Part shown: positions 34,823 through 45,079 of the stretch, piece after piece | Layout of the letters: each line of letters opens with the position of its first letter | How positions within the stretch are numbered: position 1 is the first letter of the stretch | Assembly: GCA_964522405.1 (NCBI GenBank) | Contig: CAZFTR010000003.1 | Location: 35,711-99,710 of the forward strand | Source of the DNA: an uncultured Gammaproteobacteria bacterium | GTDB lineage: Bacteria; Patescibacteriota; Patescibacteriia; Magasanikbacterales; UBA922 | Direction: 5' to 3' | Length of the DNA stretch: 64,000 nucleotides | The notes under the pieces: model-generated | The model's database searches: none | Told to the model about the DNA's origin: nothing | Seen by the model: the letters and a program-made list of their open reading frames with translations, nothing else | Program-made: the position numbers and the translations under genes

Positions 34823-37579
34823 TTGCTTATGAAAAAGAAAATTTTATTTGCAGGTTTTCTAGTTTTTGCTTTTATCTTGGCTTCAGGTCAGGTTTTGGCT
34901 CAAACAGATCCTGTTACAGAAGGTGATTCAGATGATCAACCGGTTCCAGAATTGTATCAAGAGGCTGTAGTTGAAGAGTCTGATGCGCCAGAAGAAGTTC
35001 CAGAGGATGTAATAGAAGATGAACAAGTTAGTGCAGAAGATCTTGGTGTGGAAGAGGCAAGGATTTTACCTGATAATCCTCTTTATGCGTTCAAGAGATT
35101 TGCTCGCGGAGTTCGTGAGGCTGTTACTTTTAATCCAATAAAAAAAGCTGAACTTCGTCTACGATATGCAAATGAAGAACTTGCTGATGCTCAAAAACTC
35201 CTAGATGAGAAGTTTGAAGATGAGGATGCTGTTCGCGCTGCTACCAAAGCAGTTGAGCGTTTTGAAAGAAGGATTGAGAAGATCAGCGATAAAACTGATA
35301 AATTAAAAGAGAAAATTGATGAAGATGGCAGGGTAGATAGATTTTTAGACAATGTTCTTGATAAACAAATCAAACAGCAGAAAGTTTTAGAAAAAGTTGA
35401 GCGAAGAATTATTGAACATGCTCCGGAAGAGGTTGCAAAAAGAGTTTTAGAAAGAGTTCAAGATGTGCGTGACAGATCTGCTGAACATGTTGCTCAGGTT
35501 ATGACTCGAGTCGAAGAAAATCAAGAAAGGATTGTTCAACGTTTTGATCGTGTTTTAGATGCTCAGGAAGGAAGTGGATTCAAAGAACTTAGAAATCTTG
35601 AAGTTTTAAAACGTATTGAAGATCATGTACCAGAGCAAGCCAGAGAAGCTATTGTACATGCACAGGAAAATGCTTTTAAGCGCTTAGGTAATGGTTTTAG
35701 AGATCATTCTGCCGAAGATTTTGAAAGATATACTAGACATATGGGCGGTGATGAGACTAGATATATGGAGATTTTTGATCGTCCTGAATTTGTAGAAGAT
35801 GCACCCGAAGAAATTAAACAAAAAATGGAAAAAATTAAAGATCTTGCTGCCAGAAGGCTTCAGCATAGGGTTGAAGAGATAAATGATAGATTTGATGATG
35901 AGCAATTTGAAAGACGTACTCGCGATAGAATGTTCGAACATCTCAAAGAAGGAGAGATTGCTAATCCTGCTAAGATTCGAGTTATGCAGGAACTTGGAGA
36001 GAGAATGCATTTTGAAGATAAGAAAATGCAGGAAGAAATGGTAAAACATGAAGATGAAAGTGTTGATGCTTTTATTGCCGCTTTTCCTGACGCTAAAGCT
36101 GATGCAGAAAGATTTCGTGAATTATCCAAAAAAATGGCAGACAATCCTGATCCAAATACATTTAGATTGATCCAGGATTTAGAAAGAAAAGTAATGGCTG
36201 ATCCTGAAATGGCCGATTTTATAAGAAAAATGGAAGTTGAAGCCAAACAGGGATTTGCCCAAAAAGCTACACAAGTAGGAGAAGATTTTTTTGAAGAGAT
36301 TATTTCCAGTAATCCGGCAGATATAGAAATCTTCAAACAACTACAAAGAGATTTTGCTGAAAATCCTGATGACTTCTTTGGTCCTCCGGGATTCAATGGC
36401 GAGCGTCCTGAATTTGAGGATCATCGATATGGACCTCCTCCGGGATTTGATCGTTATTTTGACCGAGCTCTTGATAAGCAAACTGAAAAAATTACAGATT
36501 ATCTGGGTGAGATAGATAATCCTATGGATTTCCAACAGTTCCAATCAAGATTTGATATTCCAGAAGAAGCTCTTGCTGAATTAAAAAGAAGACAGGGAGA
36601 TTTTGATGATAAGTTTAGAGACAGAAGGGTTGATGTTGAAGAATATGAGCATAAGCAGGCCTGGGATCAGTTAGAGAGAGAGTTTGATCAGAGATTGAAA
36701 AATGTAGGGGATGTTGGAAAGGATGAAATTATAAAAGAATTTGATGAGCGTCGAAAACAGCTTTCCAATCAAGCTGATGTCAGACGAAAAGAATTTTTTG
36801 AGAAGAGTATTACAAATGACCCTTTTTGTGATCAGAGATGCCAAGAGCAGGAGAGACATTTCTTTGATGAGAGGATGAGAAAAGACCAAGAAAGGCGTAG
36901 GGAAAATGAAGAATTTTATGAGATCGAAAAAGAGATCAATGAATTTTTCTGGAAAAAAGAAAAAGAAAAAGTAGAAGGTCAGATGCGCGAGGATGGAAAT
37001 TTCTTTGTAGGAAAATGTGGGGATGCTGAATCTTGTGAAAAATGGTGTATAGAAAATCCAGGACATCCAGAATGTGATCGGCCAGATGGTCAACCCGGAC
37101 CAGATGATCATCGTCGTGATGATAGATTTTTCCAAAAAGATGATTTTGAATTTGATGGAGAAAAGTATCAAGAGAAATATCCAAATCCAGATAAGCTAGA
37201 AAAAGAAGGCTTTGAAACCGGCCCTATTGGCGATAGGGATGATTGGGAAAAAAGAGGGTTGGCGCCAATGCCAAGTCCTGGTCCTAAAAAATACCAAAAA
37301 GAAGGCTTTGAAACCGGCCCTATTGGAGACAAGTATGAGGACAAATATGAAAAAAAGGACTATGATGATAGGTATGATAAGGAAAAGTATGATTACCAAG
37401 ATAAAGATCTCAGATCAGCACCTATGCCGGGTAGTGATGTTGGGCACAGAGGTTTGGCTCCGGTTCCTACTCCGGGAATGCAAAATAACATTCCAAAACC
37501 AGGCTTAGCACCTATTCCAAGTCCAGGGCCTGCAAATGATCTTGAAAAAACAGGTCTCGCCCCGATGCCAAGTCCTTAA
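34823..37579 (+). CDS. Large secreted, highly charged (D/E/K/R-rich) repetitive protein with C-terminal tandem motifs
   Basis: Signal peptide KKKILFAGFLVFAFILASGQVLA. About 900 aa of charged low-complexity helical sequence. C-terminal repeats KEGFETGPIGD (x2) and GLAP(M/V/I)PSPGP-type (x4). Roughly 30-nt DNA direct repeat at 37203 and 37301. Confidence 0.6.
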   Translation: MLMKKKILFAGFLVFAFILASGQVLAQTDPVTEGDSDDQPVPELYQEAVVEESDAPEEVPEDVIEDEQVSAEDLGVEEARILPDNPLYAFKRFARGVREAVTFNPIKKAELRLRYANEELADAQKLLDEKFEDEDAVRAATKAVERFERRIEKISDKTDKLKEKIDEDGRVDRFLDNVLDKQIKQQKVLEKVERRIIEHAPEEVAKRVLERVQDVRDRSAEHVAQVMTRVEENQERIVQRFDRVLDAQEGSGFKELRNLEVLKRIEDHVPEQAREAIVHAQENAFKRLGNGFRDHSAEDFERYTRHMGGDETRYMEIFDRPEFVEDAPEEIKQKMEKIKDLAARRLQHRVEEINDRFDDEQFERRTRDRMFEHLKEGEIANPAKIRVMQELGERMHFEDKKMQEEMVKHEDESVDAFIAAFPDAKADAERFRELSKKMADNPDPNTFRLIQDLERKVMADPEMADFIRKMEVEAKQGFAQKATQVGEDFFEEIISSNPADIEIFKQLQRDFAENPDDFFGPPGFNGERPEFEDHRYGPPPGFDRYFDRALDKQTEKITDYLGEIDNPMDFQQFQSRFDIPEEALAELKRRQGDFDDKFRDRRVDVEEYEHKQAWDQLEREFDQRLKNVGDVGKDEIIKEFDERRKQLSNQADVRRKEFFEKSITNDPFCDQRCQEQERHFFDERMRKDQERRRENEEFYEIEKEINEFFWKKEKEKVEGQMREDGNFFVGKCGDAESCEKWCIENPGHPECDRPDGQPGPDDHRRDDRFFQKDDFEFDGEKYQEKYPNPDKLEKEGFETGPIGDRDDWEKRGLAPMPSPGPKKYQKEGFETGPIGDKYEDKYEKKDYDDRYDKEKYDYQDKDLRSAPMPGSDVGHRGLAPVPTPGMQNNIPKPGLAPIPSPGPANDLEKTGLAPMPSP

Positions 37580-37674
37580 TTTGAAATTAGATTTTTTAAA
37601 AAGCACTCAGATTTAGTTGAGAGTGCTTTTTTATTTGGTGGCTTTTATTTTTATTTTTAATAAGATATAATAAG

Positions 37675-38409
37675 TTGACTATGAGATATGAACGCATAAA
37701 AAATCCAGATTATATTCATCATCAGAATATTGATGCATCTATTATAAAAGAGTTTATTTTTGGTGCAGAAGATGGAATGGTTTCTACTATGGGTTCAATT
37801 ACTGGAATTGCAGCTGCTACTGGAAATCCTTTTACAGTTATTCTTGCCGGTTCTGTTATTATTGCGGTAGAGTCTATTTCAATGGCAGTTGGATCTTATC
37901 TTTCAAACAAATCAGAACAGTCAATTGACAGGAGAATGATAGAAGAGGAAAAAGAAGAAATTAAAAATCAGCTAATGGAGGAAAAAGAAGAGATGATAGA
38001 ATTATTTGTGAGAGATGGCTGGCCAAAGAAACTTGCCAAAGAGATGGCTGATATAACTGAGAAGGACAAAGATCTTATGCTTAGAGAAATGGCTTATAGA
38101 GAATTAAAAATCGATCCGGATGATGGAAGGGTTCCATTTAAAAATGGAATTGTAATGGGCTTTTCATATATTGCCGGTGGTTTAATACCTCTTTTACCTT
38201 ATTTATTCTTGGATTTATTTGTAGCAATTCCTGTTTCAATTGTCTTCACTCTTGTTAGTCTTTTTGTTCTTGGTAGCTTTACTAGTAGATATTCAAGACG
38301 TACTTGGTGGAAAGCCGGTGCGGAGATGTTAGTACTGGCCGGATTGGCGGCTATGGTTGGTTATTTGGCAGGTCAAGCAATTGATAATTGGTGGGCAAGT
38401 GGAAAATAA
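37675..38409 (+). CDS. VIT1/CCC1-family (vacuolar-iron-transporter-like) membrane protein
   Basis: GAEDGMVSTMGSITGIAAATGN N-terminal block, a central charged loop, and C-terminal TM helices. Confidence 0.65.
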   Translation: MTMRYERIKNPDYIHHQNIDASIIKEFIFGAEDGMVSTMGSITGIAAATGNPFTVILAGSVIIAVESISMAVGSYLSNKSEQSIDRRMIEEEKEEIKNQLMEEKEEMIELFVRDGWPKKLAKEMADITEKDKDLMLREMAYRELKIDPDDGRVPFKNGIVMGFSYIAGGLIPLLPYLFLDLFVAIPVSIVFTLVSLFVLGSFTSRYSRRTWWKAGAEMLVLAGLAAMVGYLAGQAIDNWWASGK

Positions 38410-39540
38410 TTATTTTTTGCTAAATTTGAAGATTTCTCTCGCCAAATGTTGTTTTGGCCGGTGATAGACCAAAGTTTTTTCTTTTTCAGTGAATGGGATT
38501 TGATTAAATCCTATTTTTTTTATCTCATCTACACAGTTAATTGTTATCCAGCTTTCATCATGGTCAAATTTTGGAATTATAAAAATAACAACAGCATCTT
38601 TTTTTAAGATTTTCTTAAATGATCTAAATGAATTTGCATAAAGCCTTTTCAGTTCACTAGTTTGTTTCTCCATTTGTTCTCTGGTTTCTTTTCCATGGAG
38701 TGGTTTACCAAGATATGGTTCTGATACGATTAGATCAATTGATTCAGGTTTTAATTTTTTATCTATATGAGTTGCATCAGATATAAAAACTCTTTCTTCA
38801 ACATCTTCTATTTCTGGGTTATTTTCTTTTATCCATTCTATATTATTTCTAGTGTCTTCTGTTGCCTTGCTCGAAATATCTGATCCAATAATTGTTTTGA
38901 AGCCCAGTGTTAGAGCTTCGGTAAGTACTGTTCCAGATCCGCAAAAAGGATCAAGTAAGGTAGATTTTGTATTTGCCTGAGAGAGATTTATCATAATTCT
39001 GGCCAACTTGGGTGGAAGCATGCCACTCTTGGTGTCAAAACCAGGTCGATCATAATCTCTTTTACTAAATTCTTCTATGGGTTGAATAGCGACAGTTTGA
39101 TAAATTTTATTGTTTATAATTGTAAAATCTGTTCCTCGTTTGACCAAGTTATTATGAATAATTGTTGCTGAGTTTTTTGGTTCTATATATCTTACTGATT
39201 TTCCAAGTTGCTTTAATTCTTTTTTTACCTTTATACCGGTATTTTTGGATGATACTGAAAAATGAATTTTTGAACTTTCGTCTTTCATGAGTTCCACAAG
39301 AGTATTTTCTATGTTTTTTATGGTAGGAATTAATTTTGTAATTTTGACAGTTCCACCAAGTTGGAGCATGATTTCTTCGGCATCAAATTTATGATAGGTT
39401 TCAAGAATTAGATATTTTTTACTTTCTGAAATTGTCTGGTATTTGATTTTTTTTGCAGAAAAAACCGCTTTGATTTCAGCGGTTGAAATATGAGGTTGAT
39501 GCCCTAGTTCAAAGGCATAGATATTTTTTGGGTCAGCCAT
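38410..39540 (-). CDS. THUMP-domain class I SAM-dependent RNA methyltransferase (RlmL/Trm14-like, UPF0020)
   Basis: SAM motif LLDPFCGSGTVLTEA and catalytic DLIVSEPYLGKP (xPPY-like). N-terminal THUMP-like region. Confidence 0.65.
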   Translation of the reverse strand: MADPKNIYAFELGHQPHISTAEIKAVFSAKKIKYQTISESKKYLILETYHKFDAEEIMLQLGGTVKITKLIPTIKNIENTLVELMKDESSKIHFSVSSKNTGIKVKKELKQLGKSVRYIEPKNSATIIHNNLVKRGTDFTIINNKIYQTVAIQPIEEFSKRDYDRPGFDTKSGMLPPKLARIMINLSQANTKSTLLDPFCGSGTVLTEALTLGFKTIIGSDISSKATEDTRNNIEWIKENNPEIEDVEERVFISDATHIDKKLKPESIDLIVSEPYLGKPLHGKETREQMEKQTSELKRLYANSFRSFKKILKKDAVVIFIIPKFDHDESWITINCVDEIKKIGFNQIPFTEKEKTLVYHRPKQHLAREIFKFSKK

Positions 39541-39541
39541 A

Positions 39542-39889
39542 CTAGTCTTTTTCTTCGATTACTTCTTGATTAAATGGATTTTTAGTTATCATACTGGTAG
39601 TTGTAAATTTTTTTTCTAGATTAACCTTGGTTTCTTGATAAAGTTTGAAATTGATAGGTCTTGTGCCTGGATCTCTTTGGAGTATCAAAGCTGCGTCAGT
39701 AGTATCAATTGTTTTATAGATATAAGAATAAGCAAACCAAATTGTAGCTAGAAATATACTGACAAAGACAATAATAGAGGATATGCTCAAAATTTTCAAG
39801 TTTATATAGCTTTTGTACTCAACCCCAAAAGGAACCTCTGCTTTTGGTTTAGGTTTTTTTCCTTCTTTTTTTCCTTTTTTAAACTTCAT
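39542..39889 (-). CDS. Small single-TM membrane protein, last gene of the type IV pilus assembly operon (PilP-position)
   Basis: Lys-rich N-terminus and one TM helix. Translationally coupled (1-nt gap) to the upstream pilO-like gene. Confidence 0.35.
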   Translation of the reverse strand: MKFKKGKKEGKKPKPKAEVPFGVEYKSYINLKILSISSIIVFVSIFLATIWFAYSYIYKTIDTTDAALILQRDPGTRPINFKLYQETKVNLEKKFTTTSMITKNPFNQEVIEEKD

Positions 39890-39891
39890 AT

Positions 39892-40452
39892 TTAGTGGGT
39901 AAATACTTTTGCAGAAAAATTAAGAGTTATGCTTGGTTGCTCATTTTTTATTTTTTGATTGTTTTTTAGGTTAATATTGTCTATTAATACATAAAAAGGC
40001 AGATTCTCTATTGCTTCGAGGTAGCTTATATGATTTTCAAAGCTGCCAATATTATGAAAAGTGAAAGTGAAATAGCCGCCATCACTTATCTGGTTATCAA
40101 GTTTTGGATCTCCTGCTTGAAAGTCAAGATTAGTGCTTTGTCTAATATTGTGTGCTTCTGCCAAAGATTCAAATTTAGTTATCAGTTCTAGTTGTTCATT
40201 TTTATCAACTGTCATTTCTCGGTATGAATCAATTGTTTCATAAATCTCATCTAATTCGTGAATTGATTTTCTGAGCAAACGGGTTTTCTGGTAACTGTCT
40301 TCAATATTTTGTTCTGTTATTCCTATGTCTCCCTTTAGTTCAGTGATATTTTTTGCAGAAGGAATAATTATATAAATAAGCACAATTGAGATTACTACCA
40401 ATAGTGTGAGTATGCTTAGCAAAATTTTATTTTTTATAGATAATCTCAACAT
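39892..40452 (-). CDS. pilO: PilO-like pilus assembly membrane protein
   Basis: N-terminal TM, coiled coil, and position after pilN in the operon. Confidence 0.45.
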   Translation of the reverse strand: MLRLSIKNKILLSILTLLVVISIVLIYIIIPSAKNITELKGDIGITEQNIEDSYQKTRLLRKSIHELDEIYETIDSYREMTVDKNEQLELITKFESLAEAHNIRQSTNLDFQAGDPKLDNQISDGGYFTFTFHNIGSFENHISYLEAIENLPFYVLIDNINLKNNQKIKNEQPSITLNFSAKVFTH

Positions 40453-40453
40453 A

Positions 40454-40993
40454 CTATTTTATTTTTGCTTCTATTCCAAATGAAATATCTGTTTTTTTGG
40501 TTAACTGTGATGGAGAAATTGGTACAGACTCAATACATAAATCTTTACAATCTAATGCTAAGAGTTTGGTCTTAAGCTCTAGAAGATTTTCTCGATTTAG
40601 AGCAAAACCAGATAAAGTTACAGTCTTTCTATTTAAATCTATGGTTAATTCGTTTAATCGAATGTTTTCAGGTATTGCTTCAGAAACAAGATTGATTTTG
40701 TCGGTCCAGGTTTTATATTGTTTTTGAATTGCATCTGCCTGTGACAATGATTGGTTTATGGTATTTATTTTTTTGTTAATTTCCGCATGCGAATTTGAAG
40801 TGTCAGATATGCCAATACTCATAGCGCTAAAATGAGATTGCATAAATGATTGAGCTGCCAGTAAAAAAATTCCTGAAAGACAAATAATTATCAGAAAACC
40901 TTGTAAAACTGTTCGTACAAATTGAAAAATAATAATTCGCTGTAATGAATTCTTTTTTTCTTTGGAAAGGAGATTTATTCTGATCGGATACAT
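40454..40993 (-). CDS. pilN: PilN-like fimbrial assembly membrane protein
   Basis: Short cytoplasmic N-terminus, TM helix (LQGFLIIICLSGIFLLAA), periplasmic coiled coil, and position after pilM. Confidence 0.55.
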   Translation of the reverse strand: MYPIRINLLSKEKKNSLQRIIIFQFVRTVLQGFLIIICLSGIFLLAAQSFMQSHFSAMSIGISDTSNSHAEINKKINTINQSLSQADAIQKQYKTWTDKINLVSEAIPENIRLNELTIDLNRKTVTLSGFALNRENLLELKTKLLALDCKDLCIESVPISPSQLTKKTDISFGIEAKIK

Positions 40994-40995
40994 AA

Positions 40996-42102
40996 TTATA
41001 TTATATCGATTTTCGAAAAAGGATTATCAGCTGCTCGTATTGCCAGCCCTATTGCTGTTGAATAGGTTAGTGAAGTCTGATCCGGAACATTTATTTTCTT
41101 TTTGTTTGATAGATTTTTCCAAGGATGGCCAGGCTGACATTCTATTCCCAGTTCTTTGGAAAGCAGTTCTGGTAGTTGTTTTATATTTGTACCTCCACCA
41201 CACATAGTAATATGAGTGATTCTATTATTTTCAGGAAAATGAGTATAATAAAATTGTATGGCTTTTTTTATTTCGTGTATAAATAAGTTGGTTAATTTCA
41301 TAACAGTTGCCCATACCTTTTTATCTTTTGAATAGGTCAATCCATTTTTATGCATAATTTCTTTTGCCTCTTCATAGTCAATATTCATTTGTTGAGAAAT
41401 CGCAGTTGCAAATAATTCTCCGGAAAAGGGTAGAGAAGTGCTAAATCTAACACTATTATTATCATATACTACAAAGCTTGATCTAGCTGCTCCAATATCT
41501 AGAAGTGCTCTTGCTTCGCCGGTATAGTCTTTGCTGGCAGTGACCAGTGATCTGGCGAGAGCCAGAGCTTCGATTTCAAGCGCAATTACTCCCAGTCCCA
41601 CTGATTGCAAAAGATAAGTGTAGCTGTCACTGGTATGTCTTGGTATAGCTCCAATTAGAATATAAGTTTTATTTTCATCTGCTTTTTTGTTGGGTAGGAT
41701 TTGCCAGTCTAGATAATATTCACTGTCTTCATCAAAAGGAATATGTTTTTTTGCTTCAAGTGTAATGTCATCATCAATTACTTCTTCATTTTTTTTGTGT
41801 ACTGTAATTAATTTGATAAAGCTCTGAGGTTCAGGAAGAGAAGCAACGGTCCATGGTGATTTTATTGATTTATTTCTGTTTCCATTTCCTCTTAAAAGTT
41901 TTTGAAGATAATGCCTGACTTTTTCCGGTTTTTGTAATTCTCCATCAACAATTAGCCCGGGAGGCATATGAATACTGTGAATTTCTTTTAGTTCATATCG
42001 TGGGCCATGCAATTTTGAAGAATTGTTGCTAAGTTGCACAAGTTTGATAGAGAGATCGCCTATATCCAGGCCAAATGCATTTGGAAAGGGATTATGAATC
42101 AT
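40996..42102 (-). CDS. pilM: Type IV pilus assembly protein PilM (actin-like ATPase fold)
   Basis: FGLDIGDLSIKLVQL N-terminus, actin-fold phosphate motifs, and the roughly 370-aa size. Confidence 0.75.
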   Translation of the reverse strand: MIHNPFPNAFGLDIGDLSIKLVQLSNNSSKLHGPRYELKEIHSIHMPPGLIVDGELQKPEKVRHYLQKLLRGNGNRNKSIKSPWTVASLPEPQSFIKLITVHKKNEEVIDDDITLEAKKHIPFDEDSEYYLDWQILPNKKADENKTYILIGAIPRHTSDSYTYLLQSVGLGVIALEIEALALARSLVTASKDYTGEARALLDIGAARSSFVVYDNNSVRFSTSLPFSGELFATAISQQMNIDYEEAKEIMHKNGLTYSKDKKVWATVMKLTNLFIHEIKKAIQFYYTHFPENNRITHITMCGGGTNIKQLPELLSKELGIECQPGHPWKNLSNKKKINVPDQTSLTYSTAIGLAIRAADNPFSKIDII

Positions 42103-42110
42103 TTTTTTGC

Positions 42111-43223
42111 TTAAAAATTTTGTATTAATGTAAACATGGGCATGATTACTGCTACTGCAACCCCTGCCACTACTAATCCTAAGATAATTATAATTATTGG
42201 TTCAATAACTGTAGAGAAATTTTTCATGGTTCTGTCTACTTCTGTGCTGTAAAATTCAGCAAGTTCAGAAAGCAACCTATCAACTTCTCCTGTTCTCTCT
42301 CCAACCATTATCATTTCTGTTACCATTGGTGGGTATAGTTTTTCATAGCTGTTTAAAACTTGAGACATTGGTTCACCTTTTTTAAGTCTGGTAGCAGTTT
42401 CATGCAAAGTATTTTTGAAAAGTACGTTTGAGCAAGTTTCAGCACTGATGTCTACTGCATCAATTATTGGAATAGTGCTTTTGAGTAGTGATGAAAGTGT
42501 AAGAGAAAATCTTGCCAGATTAATATGTTGTATAACTTTACCAATAATTGGCAGTTTTAAATTCAAACTGTGAATTGCTTTTTTAAATCCTGGTGATTTT
42601 TTAAGAAAAACAATAAAGACTACTATTATTCCAATCAAGACCAAAAACATGATAGCAACATTTATGGGATTACTCATGAATTTGGTTATTGCTACCAGAA
42701 CTTTTGTGGCAATTGGCAAGTCTGATCCAAATTGGTCAAATAAAGTAATTAATTTGGGAAGAACAACTGTGGTCATCAATATTCCTACTACTATTATAGC
42801 TAAAATAATAATGCTTGGATATATCATTGCTCCTTTGACGCTAGAGTTAAGAGTCTGCTGTTTTTTCATCTGAGTTACAATATGTCCAAGGGATTCTTCC
42901 AGAGTACCGGCTGCTTCGCCAGAAGCAATCATTTTGACATACATTGAATCAAATAGTTTTGTGTGCGGTGCAAGTGCCTCACTAAGTTGTTTTCCTTGTT
43001 CAACTTCTGCCCGAACTTGTTCAATGGTAATTTTAAATTTTTTGTTTTCAGTTTCTTTTTCCAGTATGGCTAGACTTTCAGTGAGAGAAAGTCCAGCATG
43101 GAGCATGGTTTGCAGGTGATCAATAAAAAAGATCTTATCAATCAAAGAAATCCTGGTTAAGTGAACATTGACCCAGTTATTAATTTTTTGTTCCAAAGGA
43201 CTTAATTCTCTTTTTTGGGACAT
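42111..43223 (-). CDS. pilC: Type IV pilus / T2SS platform protein PilC (GspF family)
   Basis: Two GspF-like repeats and three TM segments. The size and conserved GEAAG / GE(R/K)TG loops fit the family. Confidence 0.8.
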   Translation of the reverse strand: MSQKRELSPLEQKINNWVNVHLTRISLIDKIFFIDHLQTMLHAGLSLTESLAILEKETENKKFKITIEQVRAEVEQGKQLSEALAPHTKLFDSMYVKMIASGEAAGTLEESLGHIVTQMKKQQTLNSSVKGAMIYPSIIILAIIVVGILMTTVVLPKLITLFDQFGSDLPIATKVLVAITKFMSNPINVAIMFLVLIGIIVVFIVFLKKSPGFKKAIHSLNLKLPIIGKVIQHINLARFSLTLSSLLKSTIPIIDAVDISAETCSNVLFKNTLHETATRLKKGEPMSQVLNSYEKLYPPMVTEMIMVGERTGEVDRLLSELAEFYSTEVDRTMKNFSTVIEPIIIIILGLVVAGVAVAVIMPMFTLIQNF

Positions 43224-43227
43224 AATA

Positions 43228-44964
43228 TTATTCTCGCGTGACTCTTAGGATTTCTTCTATGGTAGTTATTCCTTGTTTTGCTTTTATTACTCCATCTTGA
43301 AGCATGGTTATCATCTGTTGGCTTTCTATGGCATGCTGTCTGATTTGTTGGGCATTGCCTCCGGAATTTATAATAGTTGAAAGCTGATCTTCGGTTTCTA
43401 ATACTTCATATATACCGATTCTTCCTTTGTAGCCAGTATTATGACATCTTTTGCATCCCTTTGCTCGGAAAAAAGTCATTTGCTCCAGTTTTCTCTCTTG
43501 GTCAGTGAGTTTAATTCCGTGGCTATCAAATAATTCATTTAAAACTTCTGTTTTGATCAATCTGGAAAGTTCTTTTAATTCATCTTTTTGTAGAGGAAGG
43601 GCTTGGGCACAGTATTTGCAAAGTCTTCTTACCAGTCTCTGGGCAATTATGCAGTTGAGAGTAAAGGCTACTAGAAATGGAGGAATATTCATGTCAGTTA
43701 ATCGAGGAATCGTGGTCGGCGCATCATTGGTGTGAAGAGTCGAGAGAACTAGATGTCCTGTCATGGCAGAGTGAACAGCAATTTCAGCAGTTTCCTGATC
43801 ACGAATTTCTCCAACCATGATTATATCAGGATCTTGTCTTAGAAATGCTCGAAGACCATTTGCAAAACTAAATCCAGCTTTTTCATTGATTTGGCTTTGG
43901 TTTATGCCAGTAATATGATATTCAATCGGGTCTTCTATGGTGCAAATATTTACTTTGGCTGTATTTAGTTTTCCAAGAATTGAATACAGCGTTGTAGTTT
44001 TACCGCTTCCTGTTGGGCCGGTTACAAGTACCATTCCATGGGGTTTGTTTATAGAATCTTCTACCAGTTGCTTTGGTCCAGGATGAAATCCAAGCTGGTC
44101 AAGTGTTAGAGGTTTTGAGCCTTCATGAAGAAGACGCATAACAATTTTTTCTCCTCCATATACTGGCATAACAGATACACGAAATGCCAGCGCCTCATCA
44201 TGCACATCAATTTTAAATCTTCCGTCCTGAGGAATCATATGTTCATCTATTTTTAGATGGGCAAGTATTTTTACTCTGGCCACAATTCCGTTTTGAACAT
44301 GTTTGGGAAGAGTCATCACTTGTCTCAAAATACCATCAATTCTATATCTGACAATAAGACCGTTTTCTGTTGGTTCTATATGAATATCACTTGAATTTTC
44401 AAAAACAGCATGCTCCAGAATACTGTTAAGGATATTTATAATTGGAACTTCTTGAGCAACTTTTTTTAGTTCTCCTTCTTCGGCAATTTCTTCTTCTTGT
44501 TTTGAAAGTTTCTCAATTACTTTATCACTGGCCAGATTGCTGTGATATTCACGCAGAGTTTCTTTTATTTGGGTTGGAGTGGTTATAAATACTTTTGGCG
44601 AGAGCCCAGTTTTCCTCCTGACAAATTCAATAGTTTGGATATCTGTTGGATCAGTTAGTGCTATTGAAAGAGTAGTTTTTTTTCTGTCAAATGCTACTAC
44701 ATTATGGTTTTCTGCAAATTGGGCAGGAATTAAATCTACGTTTTCTTTTTTTATTTCTTGCTCCTTGAGCAGAACAAAATTTATTTTTAATAGTTCTGAG
44801 GCCCACTGATAGAGTTGCTTTTCCTCGACAATATTTTGTCGTACAAAAAAATTCTCCAGTGATTGATTTTTTATACTTGCCTGCTTTTGATGGGCCTGGA
44901 TCTGTTCACTGTTAAGACCAAGTTTATTTTTTAAAACATTTATAAGTACATTAACTGGAAGCAT
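43228..44964 (-). CDS. pilB: Type IV pilus assembly ATPase PilB (GspE family)
   Basis: Walker A GPTGSGKTTTLYS, Asp box, His box, and a C-terminal tetracysteine (CKYC...CKRC). N-terminal GSPII-like domain. Confidence 0.9.
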   Translation of the reverse strand: MLPVNVLINVLKNKLGLNSEQIQAHQKQASIKNQSLENFFVRQNIVEEKQLYQWASELLKINFVLLKEQEIKKENVDLIPAQFAENHNVVAFDRKKTTLSIALTDPTDIQTIEFVRRKTGLSPKVFITTPTQIKETLREYHSNLASDKVIEKLSKQEEEIAEEGELKKVAQEVPIINILNSILEHAVFENSSDIHIEPTENGLIVRYRIDGILRQVMTLPKHVQNGIVARVKILAHLKIDEHMIPQDGRFKIDVHDEALAFRVSVMPVYGGEKIVMRLLHEGSKPLTLDQLGFHPGPKQLVEDSINKPHGMVLVTGPTGSGKTTTLYSILGKLNTAKVNICTIEDPIEYHITGINQSQINEKAGFSFANGLRAFLRQDPDIIMVGEIRDQETAEIAVHSAMTGHLVLSTLHTNDAPTTIPRLTDMNIPPFLVAFTLNCIIAQRLVRRLCKYCAQALPLQKDELKELSRLIKTEVLNELFDSHGIKLTDQERKLEQMTFFRAKGCKRCHNTGYKGRIGIYEVLETEDQLSTIINSGGNAQQIRQHAIESQQMITMLQDGVIKAKQGITTIEEILRVTRE

Positions 44965-45079
44965 ATATAAATAGACTAAAACAAAAGAGAAAATACTCTT
45001 CTTTATTTAATGATAGCATATTTTTGCTTTGTTAGATAGGTGATTTATTGACTTTTTGGGATTGAAAGTGTAATCTATT

